Below, piece after piece: positions 55,909-64,000 of a stretch of 64,000 nt of DNA (the first letter of the stretch is position 1; the number at the start of each line of letters is the position of its first letter). The notes beneath the pieces were generated by a model that worked only from the letters and a program-made list of their open reading frames with translations, was not told the origin of the DNA and ran no database searches. A program made the translations under genes and the position numbers. The stretch lies in assembly GCA_964495195.1 (NCBI GenBank), contig CAZBUW010000003.1:519-64518 (forward strand). The letters are read 5' to 3'. The stretch is from an uncultured Roseburia sp. (GTDB taxonomy: Bacteria; Bacillota; Clostridia; Lachnospirales; Lachnospiraceae).

Positions 55909-57876
55909 ATGAAGATTACATTAAAAGACGGCTCAATCAAAGAGTACGGCGAAGCAAAATCTGTCTATGAGATTGCACAGGACATCAGCGAGGGACTCGC
56001 CCGCGTGGCGTGTGCCGGTGAGGTGAATGGAGAGATTGTAGATTTAAGAACCGTGATTGAGACAGACTGTGAGCTTAATATTGTGACAGCAAGTGACGAG
56101 GCGGGACTCCGTGTAATCCGTCACACGGCGTCACACGTATTGGCACAGGCGGTCAAGAGGCTGTTCCCGGATGCGAAGGTGACAATCGGTCCTGCAATTG
56201 ATGACGGTTTTTATTACGATTTCGATGCGGAGCCGTTTTCAAGAGAGGATTTAGACGCCTTAGAGGCAGAGATGAAAAAAATCATCAAGGAGGGTCACGA
56301 GTTAAAGAGATTTACGCTCCCGAGGGCGGAGGCAATCAAATTTATGCAGGAGAAGGGCGAGCCGTACAAGGTTGAACTGATTGAGGATCTCCCGGAGGAT
56401 GCCGAGATTTCTTTCTACGACCAGGGAGAGTTTGTAGATTTGTGTGCAGGTCCTCATCTGATGAACACAAAGGGTGTGAAGGCGTTCAAACTGATCTCCT
56501 CCTCCATGGCTTACTGGAGAGGCGATTCCGAAAAGGCGCGTCTGCAGCGTATCTACGGAACGGCTTACAATAAAAAGGAAGATTTGAAGGCGCACCTCGA
56601 GAGATTAGAGGATGCAAAAATGCGTGACCACAACAGATTGGGACGCGAGATGGGACTTTTTACAACGGTCGATGTCGTTGGACAGGGGCTTCCGCTTTTT
56701 ACACCGAAGGGAACGAAGATGATTATGAAGCTCCAGCGATGGATTGAGGACCTTGAGGATAAGGAGTGGGGCTATGTCCGCACTAGGACTCCTCTGATGG
56801 CAAAATCGGACCTCTATAAGATTTCCGGTCACTGGGATCACTACAAGGACGGCATGTTTGTCCTTGGGGATGAGGAGAAGGACAAAGAGGTGTTTGCACT
56901 CCGCCCGATGACCTGCCCGTTCCAGTATTATGTATACAAGAATGAGCAGCATTCCTACCGTGATCTGCCGTACAAGATGAGTGAGACTTCCACCTTGTTC
57001 CGCTGCGAGGATTCCGGGGAGATGCACGGACTGACGCGCGTGCGCCAATTCACCATCACAGAGGGGCATAATGTCATCCGTCCGGATCAGGCGGAGGAGG
57101 AGCTGAAGAGCTGTCTCGACCTTGCTTATTATGTCTTAAGCGTGCTCGGTCTGCAGAATGATGTAACCTTCCGTCTGTCTAAGTGGGACCCGGAAAACAA
57201 GAAAAAGTACTTAGGGGATGACGAGTATTGGAACAGAACCCAGGATGCGCTCCGCGAAGTGTTGAACGAGAAGGGTGTCGACTTTGTCGAGGCGGACGGC
57301 GAGGCGGCGTTCTACGGTCCAAAGATTGATATTCAGGCGAAAAACGTCTATGGAAAAGAAGATACGATGATAACCATTCAGCTCGACTGCGCGATTGCGG
57401 AGAACTTTGATATGTATTATATCGATCAGAACGGCGACAAAATCCGTCCTTATATCATCCACAGAACATCCATGGGATGTTACGAGAGAACACTCGCATG
57501 GCTGATTGAAAAATACGCGGGCAAATTCCCAACCTGGTTGTGTGCAGAACAGGTTCGCATTCTCCCGATTTCTGACAAGTATGTCGATTATGCGGAGGAA
57601 GTGCGAAAAGAACTTGAAGGGAACGGCGTGGATGTCACAGTCGATGCGCGTTCGGAAAAGATTGGTTACAAGATTCGCGAAGCGAGATTGGATAAACTTC
57701 CGTATATGCTTGTAGTTGGACAGCAGGAAGCGGAAGATAAGACGGTGTCTGTCCGCAGCCGTTTTGCAGGAAACGAAGGAGTGAAGCCGCTAGGTGAATT
57801 TATCGACCAGATTTGCAAAGAGATTCGGACGAAGGAAATCAGGGAGGAACTTCCTGAGGAAGAAAAACAGAAATAG
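55909..57876 (+). CDS. thrS: threonine--tRNA ligase
   Basis: TGS domain MKITLKDGS...; class II motifs (RPMTCPFQ, FRCEDSGEMHGLTRVRQFT, GEAAFYGPKID). ATG55909 follows AGAGG; the track start is GTG55852. Confidence 0.97.
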   Translation: MKITLKDGSIKEYGEAKSVYEIAQDISEGLARVACAGEVNGEIVDLRTVIETDCELNIVTASDEAGLRVIRHTASHVLAQAVKRLFPDAKVTIGPAIDDGFYYDFDAEPFSREDLDALEAEMKKIIKEGHELKRFTLPRAEAIKFMQEKGEPYKVELIEDLPEDAEISFYDQGEFVDLCAGPHLMNTKGVKAFKLISSSMAYWRGDSEKARLQRIYGTAYNKKEDLKAHLERLEDAKMRDHNRLGREMGLFTTVDVVGQGLPLFTPKGTKMIMKLQRWIEDLEDKEWGYVRTRTPLMAKSDLYKISGHWDHYKDGMFVLGDEEKDKEVFALRPMTCPFQYYVYKNEQHSYRDLPYKMSETSTLFRCEDSGEMHGLTRVRQFTITEGHNVIRPDQAEEELKSCLDLAYYVLSVLGLQNDVTFRLSKWDPENKKKYLGDDEYWNRTQDALREVLNEKGVDFVEADGEAAFYGPKIDIQAKNVYGKEDTMITIQLDCAIAENFDMYYIDQNGDKIRPYIIHRTSMGCYERTLAWLIEKYAGKFPTWLCAEQVRILPISDKYVDYAEEVRKELEGNGVDVTVDARSEKIGYKIREARLDKLPYMLVVGQQEAEDKTVSVRSRFAGNEGVKPLGEFIDQICKEIRTKEIREELPEEEKQK

Positions 57877-57889
57877 ACAAGTTATGGGC

Positions 57890-57926
57890 AGGAGCGCATC
57901 TTTTTTTGAGATGCGCTCCTCTTTTG
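57890..57926 (+). terminator. intrinsic terminator after thrS
   Basis: AGGAGCGCATCT...AGATGCGCTCCT stem followed by CTTTT. Confidence 0.8.
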
Positions 57927-58033
57927 ATGGAAAAATGATAATTTTCTTAAGATTTATGAAATTATGGGGAAGTGTGCATTTTTTATGGTAAAATTTTTGT
58001 GGTCTAAAGAAGGAGACCAGAAGGAGAAGCAAG

Positions 58034-59572
58034 ATGAAAGTGAATTTAAAAGCAAAGAAAACAAAGATCATTTTGATCGTTGTCGTGATTGTGGCGATTC
58101 TCGCCGTGCTGATCGGGAGGGCAATCTCTAAGATGGCATCTACAGTCGAGACAGCGATGAATTTAGTACAGGTCGAGACTGTGGAACGCCGGGATTTGTC
58201 GGAAGCAATCTCGCTCACCGGGACAGCGGCGGGAATCAGCCGGACTAATGTGACATCGAAGGCTGCGGCGGAGGTGACAGGTGTGAACGTTCAGGTCGGA
58301 GATCAGGTGAAGGCGGGGGATGTCCTCTGTCAGTTTGATACCGCCGAGATTGAGGAACAGATTGCGCTCACGGAGAAAACTCTCAGCAATGAGAGCGCGG
58401 TGGCGAGCAATACATCAAAACAGAATGCACAGGCGCTAGAGGATGCAAAGGCGGAACAGACGCAGCAACTATCGGAGGCGCAGACTGCCATCAGTCAGGC
58501 GGAGGAGGACTATAATGCGGAGAGTGCGAAACTTGCCGGCACGATAAGTTCCCGTGATGCAAAAAATGCTGAGATTGCGGAGGCAGCAACAAAATTTGAG
58601 GAAGCAAAAAATGCATGCGCGAGCAATCCGGGTGACGAAAATTTAGCGCAGACATATGAGGAGGCAAAGGCGGACTTGCAGACGAAACAAAGCGAACTTG
58701 CAGCATTAGAGCAGAGCATTGCCGCTTCGGAGGAGACATTAAAAGCGCATGAGCGGGCAATTGCGAGCGCGAAGAGTACTTATGGCAGCACAAAGACCGC
58801 TACGGACAAAGCGATTTCCTCCGCACAGAATGTGGTGGATATGGAAACGTATCAGAATATTGACAACACGACGGAAAAAGCGCTTGCAGATTTGCAGGAG
58901 CAGCTTGCGGACTGCGAGGTTAAGGCGCCCTGCGACGGAGTTGTGACAGCGGTCAATCTTTCGGTGGGAGATACCAATACACCGAATACTGTCATTGTAT
59001 CGATTGAGGACACGAGCAGCATGAAGATCAATGCTATCGTCAGCGAGGATGATATCCTGAAGTTAGAAGAGGGGATGAAAGCGGTCGTCATGACAGGCGC
59101 CACCGGCGATGAGGAGATAGAGGGGACCGTGACAAGAGTGGTAAAAGTAAAAAATGAGTCGACGGGAACCGGAGCGGAAGCGGCAGCCACCTCGGGATAT
59201 GCGGCGGAGATTACGGTGAAGAACTCGAAATTATTAGTCGGAATGAGCGCGAAAGTAAAAGTTATCATTCAGGAGAAAAAGAATACCCTGGCGGTTCCAT
59301 ACGATCTGATTCAGTTTGATGAGGACGGAAACTCTTATGTATTGCTTGCAGAAGAACAGGAGGACGGTACCTATTCAGCAGTCAGATGCCCGGTGAGCAC
59401 AGGTGAGGAAGTGGACTATTATACAGAGATTACAGGCGGAGATTTGAAGGAGGGCGATCGCTTAATCTATGATACCTCAATCATGGAGGGAGAGATATTT
59501 TCCGCGAACCAGATGTACTCCGGGGAGGAGACAGACCAGCTGACAGATGGAACGATGGAGGATGCAGAGTGA
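58034..59572 (+). CDS. efflux transporter periplasmic adaptor (HlyD/MacA family) with a long coiled coil
   Basis: N-terminal TM helix, lipoyl-like GDQVKAGDVLCQFD, Ala/Glu/Gln-rich coiled coil, beta-barrel C-terminus. Confidence 0.8.
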   Translation: MKVNLKAKKTKIILIVVVIVAILAVLIGRAISKMASTVETAMNLVQVETVERRDLSEAISLTGTAAGISRTNVTSKAAAEVTGVNVQVGDQVKAGDVLCQFDTAEIEEQIALTEKTLSNESAVASNTSKQNAQALEDAKAEQTQQLSEAQTAISQAEEDYNAESAKLAGTISSRDAKNAEIAEAATKFEEAKNACASNPGDENLAQTYEEAKADLQTKQSELAALEQSIAASEETLKAHERAIASAKSTYGSTKTATDKAISSAQNVVDMETYQNIDNTTEKALADLQEQLADCEVKAPCDGVVTAVNLSVGDTNTPNTVIVSIEDTSSMKINAIVSEDDILKLEEGMKAVVMTGATGDEEIEGTVTRVVKVKNESTGTGAEAAATSGYAAEITVKNSKLLVGMSAKVKVIIQEKKNTLAVPYDLIQFDEDGNSYVLLAEEQEDGTYSAVRCPVSTGEEVDYYTEITGGDLKEGDRLIYDTSIMEGEIFSANQMYSGEETDQLTDGTMEDAE

Positions 59573-60273
59573 GTGAACCAGTAATCCGTATGGAGAATAT
59601 TATCAAACGTTATTATATAGGAAAGCCCAATGAACTTCAGATTTTGAATGGGATTAGCCTCTCTGTAAACGAGGGAGAATTTGTATCCATCGTCGGGGAG
59701 TCCGGTTCGGGAAAGAGTACGTTGATGAATATCATTGGAGTGCTTGACCGTCAGACGGAGGGAACCTATTTCTTAGAAGGGCAGGATGTGAACAAGATGG
59801 GGGATGAAGTCAGAAGTGCAATCCGAAACAGAAGGATTGGATTTGTCTTTCAGAACTTTAATCTTCTGCCGAGGGCGAACGCTTTAAAAAATGTGATGAT
59901 TCCGCTGCTGTATGGACAGGAGCGGACAAAAGACAAGAAGGAGCGCGCGATGGAGATGCTTGAGATGGTCGGGATGGCAGATCGCGCAAGTCACAGACCG
60001 AATGAACTTTCGGGTGGACAGAAACAGCGTGTGGCAATTGCCCGCGCCATGATCAACAATCCGGCAATTATTTTGGCAGACGAGCCGACGGGGGCCTTAG
60101 ACTCAAAGACGGGGCATATGGTGATGGATTTGTTTCATCGCCTTCATGAGGAACAGGGCAAGACGATTGTATTGATCACCCATTCCCATGAACTCGCGGA
60201 GGAGACGCAGCGCATTATTACCATCCGCGACGGAAATGTCATTTCGGACAACGGGGGTGAGCATGTATGTTGA
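59569..60273 (+). CDS. MacB/LolD-type ABC transporter ATP-binding protein
   Basis: [37 protein letters not shown] start overlaps the upstream stop. Confidence 0.9.
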   Translation: MSEPVIRMENIIKRYYIGKPNELQILNGISLSVNEGEFVSIVGESGSGKSTLMNIIGVLDRQTEGTYFLEGQDVNKMGDEVRSAIRNRRIGFVFQNFNLLPRANALKNVMIPLLYGQERTKDKKERAMEMLEMVGMADRASHRPNELSGGQKQRVAIARAMINNPAIILADEPTGALDSKTGHMVMDLFHRLHEEQGKTIVLITHSHELAEETQRIITIRDGNVISDNGGEHVC

Positions 60274-61589
60274 TTGAGAATATAAAAGAGGCGTTTATGA
60301 GCATCTTCAGCAATAAGATGCGCTCTGTTTTAACGATGCTTGGAATCATCATAGGCATCAGTGCGGTAATTACAATTACAACGATAGGAGAATCCATCAA
60401 GAACACCCTGAATTCCACGCTGAATTCTCTGGGAGGCAATACGATTTCCGGGTATGTGGAGGCGCGCTATCCGGAGGATGACGAGGATTGGGACACATGG
60501 ATTTATCCGGACATGGATGAGGATGATTATGTCACACAGGAGATGCTGGATGCGCTGATAGAAGCCTACCCGGAGGAAATTACCGGGGTCGCAGCCCAAA
60601 ACTATCTTGGAACAGGTCAGGTGAAGAAGAACAGCAGAGAATATGCCAATGTGGAGATTCAGGGTGCGACGGCAGAATTTCTGGACTATATGAAACTCGA
60701 CATGTATGCGGGGCGGACAATCACGGCGCGCGACTGCCTGCAGAAGAAGCGCGTATGCGTCGTTTCCGACCTTATGGTGAATCAGTACTTTGGCGGGGAC
60801 AATCCAATCGGGGAACAGATTTCTGTGGATATGGCGGACGGTACGGCATATGAATTTACAATTGTAGGTGTGTATGAGTACAATGAGGCACTCTTTGGAA
60901 AAATTGATACCAGTGTTCCGGAGAAGGACCGTTCTACAGCCATGTTAATTCCGTTTCAGACGGTCTATAAACTGCAGGGGAGCAGTCAGGTCGGTTATGA
61001 TTATTTTAGCCTGCTCGTAAATCCGACTGCGGATATCGCGTTAGCGACAGAGCACGCCACAGAATTTTTGAACCAATATTATGAAAAAAATGAGGATTGG
61101 AATGTCACGGCGTACAACATGCAGTCCGATATGGGAATCATCAACACCGTCATCAATGTCGTTACAGTGGCAATCTCCGGTATTGCAGCAATATCTCTGA
61201 TTGTCGGAGGGGTCGGTGTTATGAACATTATGCTGGTGTCCATCACGGAGCGTACCAGAGAAATCGGTGTCCGCATGGCGTTAGGGGCAAAGAGAAGGAC
61301 AATCCGTACCCAGTTTGTCATCGAGGCGATTGTGCTGTGTCTGATGGGTGGGATGATTGGAATCGGAATCGGGATTCTCAATGGATTTCTGCTCGGAAAA
61401 GTGGCTGGATTTGTGATTTCCTCCATGTATGCAGAGTACTCTTCTTATATTATTATGTCGGTACAGCCGTCAGTGACCGCAATTTTATTATCACTGTTCT
61501 TCTCGATGCTGACCGGTGTCTTTTTTGGTTATTATCCGGCGAACAAAGCGTCAAAAATGGAAGTAATTGATGCACTCCGGTATGAGTAG
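60267..61589 (+). CDS. FtsX-like ABC transporter permease (MacB type)
   Basis: MacB periplasmic domain between TM1 and TM2. C-terminal FtsX motif TEREIGVRMALGAKRRTI. Confidence 0.9.
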   Translation: MLIENIKEAFMSIFSNKMRSVLTMLGIIIGISAVITITTIGESIKNTLNSTLNSLGGNTISGYVEARYPEDDEDWDTWIYPDMDEDDYVTQEMLDALIEAYPEEITGVAAQNYLGTGQVKKNSREYANVEIQGATAEFLDYMKLDMYAGRTITARDCLQKKRVCVVSDLMVNQYFGGDNPIGEQISVDMADGTAYEFTIVGVYEYNEALFGKIDTSVPEKDRSTAMLIPFQTVYKLQGSSQVGYDYFSLLVNPTADIALATEHATEFLNQYYEKNEDWNVTAYNMQSDMGIINTVINVVTVAISGIAAISLIVGGVGVMNIMLVSITERTREIGVRMALGAKRRTIRTQFVIEAIVLCLMGGMIGIGIGILNGFLLGKVAGFVISSMYAEYSSYIIMSVQPSVTAILLSLFFSMLTGVFFGYYPANKASKMEVIDALRYE

Positions 61590-61730
61590 AGCAAAAATTT
61601 GCGAATATAATATGGAATTGAATGAAAACAGTGGAAAGAATGCGTGAAATTTTGGAAAAATCATGCTATAATTGTCAATAGATATGAGTTACTGACAGAA
61701 GAACAGAAATAGGATAATTGGAGGACGATT

Positions 61731-62666
61731 ATGGGATTGTTTCAGAAGAAGACGGAAGATAATTCGGCGGAGGTTCAGGAAATCCGACGGGAGTTAGAAG
61801 AGCTGCATGAAGAGAAGGCAGCTGCGCAGAAAGCGATAGAGGACATATCTGGTTATTATGACCAGCTGGATGGGGAAGCACAGTATAGTGCGGGACAGAT
61901 GGTAGAGATAGGAGAATCCCTGCAGGAGGGACTGGAAGGAATCGAGAGACTTGCAACATGTATGGAAGAAATGAAAAATTCTTTCTCCGATATTGCAAAC
62001 GCAACTTGTGCTTTTGAGAATGTTCAGAAGAATATCATCGGTTCGGTAAACCGCGCCGAGGAGAAAGTGGAACTTTTAAAAGAGGACTCCAGACAGGTGA
62101 CGGAGCAATTTGGTACGATGAAGACGATTTTTACAGATTTGCAGACCTCGGTAGATGAGATCAAAGAATGTGCGAGTGGTATTGTTTCTGTCGCAAATCA
62201 GACGAATATGTTGGCGTTGAACGCATCGATTGAGGCAGCGCGTGCAGGAGAACAGGGAAAAGGATTTGCGGTGGTTGCAGAGCAGGTGAGAGAGCTTGCA
62301 GAGCAGATTAAGAAATTAATCACAACAATCGGTCAGAGTATCGAGCATGTTGAGGAGGGGACGAACGGCCTCAGCGTGTCGATGGAGGATTCGAGACAGG
62401 CATTGGAAGTGAGCGCTAAGAATGTGGAGGAGACGAGAGAACTGTTTGCCGACATCAAGATGAAGACCGATGAAGTCGGGGAAGTCGAGCGGGGAATTTC
62501 CCAGACTGTGTCGACATCGGAACAGCACATGAGCCAGGCGGCAGACTGCGTCGATACATCTAAAAACCGTTACGAGCAGATATTAGATTATGTCGCAAAA
62601 GTTCAGGACAGTGACAGGAAGAAGAAAGAACTGAGCGAGACGATGTTTGGTCTGTTAAAATTCTAG
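61731..62666 (+). CDS. soluble (no TM) methyl-accepting chemotaxis signalling-domain protein
   Basis: [30 protein letters not shown] tip with no hydrophobic helix. TGcTATAAT at 61664-61672 upstream. Confidence 0.8.
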   Translation: MGLFQKKTEDNSAEVQEIRRELEELHEEKAAAQKAIEDISGYYDQLDGEAQYSAGQMVEIGESLQEGLEGIERLATCMEEMKNSFSDIANATCAFENVQKNIIGSVNRAEEKVELLKEDSRQVTEQFGTMKTIFTDLQTSVDEIKECASGIVSVANQTNMLALNASIEAARAGEQGKGFAVVAEQVRELAEQIKKLITTIGQSIEHVEEGTNGLSVSMEDSRQALEVSAKNVEETRELFADIKMKTDEVGEVERGISQTVSTSEQHMSQAADCVDTSKNRYEQILDYVAKVQDSDRKKKELSETMFGLLKF

Positions 62667-62692
62667 ACAAAGAAGTCATTGAATAGGAAGAG

Positions 62693-62730
62693 AGGATGCA
62701 TCTTAGAAATAGGAGATGCATCCTTTTTTT
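62693..62730 (+). terminator. intrinsic terminator after the soluble MCP gene
   Basis: AGGATGCATCT...AGATGCATCCT followed by TTTTTT. Confidence 0.85.
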
Positions 62731-62762
62731 ATGCGGGAAAAAATTTTTTTTGAGAAACAGTG

Positions 62763-62791
62763 TTGACAAAGATTGTAGATGGTGCTATCTT
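62763..62791 (+). promoter_or_regulatory. hrcA operon promoter TTGACA-17-TATCTT
   Basis: Hexamers at 62763-62768 and 62786-62791. Confidence 0.6.
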
Positions 62792-62804
62792 AAGTACATG
62801 GATA

Positions 62805-62831
62805 TTAGCACTCCATAACTTCGAGTGCTAA
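62805..62831. promoter_or_regulatory. CIRCE operator (HrcA binding site)
   Basis: TTAGCACTC-N9-GAGTGCTAA exact consensus, upstream of hrcA. Confidence 0.95.
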
Positions 62832-62876
62832 CAACAGAAAGCACAGATGGTTTCTAAATGCAATAGGAGCGATGAG

Positions 62877-63923
62877 ATGGAAGAAGCGTTTGAGTTAGAT
62901 GAACGGAAAACGAAAATTTTAAATGCAATCATTAAAAATTATATGGAGACGGGAGAGCCGGTCGGTTCCCGCACCATTTCCAAATACACGGATCTCAATC
63001 TCAGTTCTGCAACGATTCGCAATGAGATGGCAGACTTAGAGGAGTTAGGGTATATTGTTCAGCCCCACACATCGGCAGGACGCATTCCATCGGACAAGGG
63101 ATATCGTTTTTATGTAGACCATCTGATGGAGGAGAAGAATGTTGAAATCTCGGAGATGAAAAATTTCGTTATCGAGCACACCGAGAAGATGGAGCAGGTC
63201 TTACAGAAGATGGCAAAGATTTTAGCGGCGAATACCAATTACGCGACCATGGTGACAACGCCCTCCTACCATAAGAACAAAGTAAAATTCATCCAGCTCT
63301 CCAATGTGGACGAGGAACACATCTTAGCAGTCATTGTCACAGAGGGAAATATTGTAAAAAACAAAATGATATCTGTTTCGGAGGCGATTGACAATGAGTC
63401 GATGCTGAAGCTGAACATTTTGTTAAATTCAAACCTGAATGGACTTGCCCTTCAGGAGATTAATCTGGCGACAATCACAAAGCTGAAGGAGCAGGCGGGA
63501 ATCCACAGCGACATTATCAGCAATGTGCTTGACACCATCGCGGAGACGATGGGAGCGGAGGATGATATCCGAATCTATACGAGCGGAACGACGAATTTCT
63601 TTAAATATCCGGAACTCAGTGATTCGGAGAAAGCGAGTGAGCTGATTTCGACTTTCGAGGAGAAACAGCAGTTAGCGAGCCTGGTAACTGAAAACCTGTT
63701 AGACGAAGAGAATACGGGGATTCAGGTTTATATAGGAAATGAGAGCCCGATTCAGACCATGAAGGACTGCAGCGTTGTGACAGCAACATATGAATTGGGG
63801 GAAGGTATTCGTGGAACCATAGGAATTGTGGGGCCGAAGCGAATGGATTATGAGAAAGTCATGAACAATCTAAAGACTCTGAAAGATTCCTTAGAAGGGG
63901 TTCTGGGGGATGGTAAGAGTTAG
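62877..63923 (+). CDS. hrcA: heat-inducible transcriptional repressor HrcA
   Basis: ERKTKILNAIIKNYMETGEPVGSRTISK winged helix. About 348 aa. ATG62877 follows AGGAG; the track start is ATG62847. Confidence 0.95.
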   Translation: MEEAFELDERKTKILNAIIKNYMETGEPVGSRTISKYTDLNLSSATIRNEMADLEELGYIVQPHTSAGRIPSDKGYRFYVDHLMEEKNVEISEMKNFVIEHTEKMEQVLQKMAKILAANTNYATMVTTPSYHKNKVKFIQLSNVDEEHILAVIVTEGNIVKNKMISVSEAIDNESMLKLNILLNSNLNGLALQEINLATITKLKEQAGIHSDIISNVLDTIAETMGAEDDIRIYTSGTTNFFKYPELSDSEKASELISTFEEKQQLASLVTENLLDEENTGIQVYIGNESPIQTMKDCSVVTATYELGEGIRGTIGIVGPKRMDYEKVMNNLKTLKDSLEGVLGDGKS

Positions 63924-63978
63924 GGAACATAGAGAGAAAAAGACTGACTTATCAAATATGAAGAAAGGTGGCGGAAGA

Positions 63979-64000
63979 ATGGCTGAGAATAAAGAAGAAG
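63979..64000 (+). CDS. grpE: start of the probable grpE gene (truncated by the window end)
   Basis: ATG63979 follows AAAGGTGG and translates MAENKEE. Called only from hrcA-grpE-dnaK synteny; just 7 codons are visible. Confidence 0.4.

Overview
64-kb chromosomal segment that looks like a Clostridia (Lachnospiraceae-like) genome, judged from AGGAGG-type RBSs, CIRCE/HrcA heat-shock control, a T-box leader and CotF-like spore coat genes. I call about 54 protein genes. All but one small gene are on the + strand. In order: small membrane proteins; a 1.5-kaa secreted GH43 enzyme; a rhodanese-TtcA fusion; an orphan hybrid histidine kinase; a corrinoid-reactivation pair; two CotF-like genes; a Fur-family DNA-binding-domain-only regulator beside a monomeric [FeFe]-hydrogenase; chemoreceptors; groES-groEL. 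Next comes a GH94 phosphorylase locus (ROK kinase, phosphomutase, two-component system, ABC importer, nagB, nagA) that reads as a GlcNAc-disaccharide pathway. Then mgsA, degV, a LysR regulator, purA, a HAD hydrolase and a hypB / 908-aa Fe-S flavoprotein / hypA operon. After that: a GldA/F/G-like ABC system, a MoxR-DUF58-VWA-VWA-TPR (Bat-like) operon, T-box-controlled thrS, a MacAB-like efflux system, a soluble MCP, and hrcA with the start of grpE. I found no rRNA, tRNA, CRISPR array, transposase or recognisable phage or defence module. The least explained signal is a ~209-bp palindromic MITE-like element in two inverted copies (13203-13411 and 40490-40697). One copy has a perfect 11-bp target-site duplication, and both share a nearly invariant structured core. 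Other points worth a second look are a 16-bp palindromic operator shared by two promoters around the mini-Fur gene and the hydrogenase, and orphan Ni-chaperone genes flanking a GltD-like flavoprotein. There are also several promoter-proximal hairpins. All family assignments come from motif recognition by eye; no searches were run.
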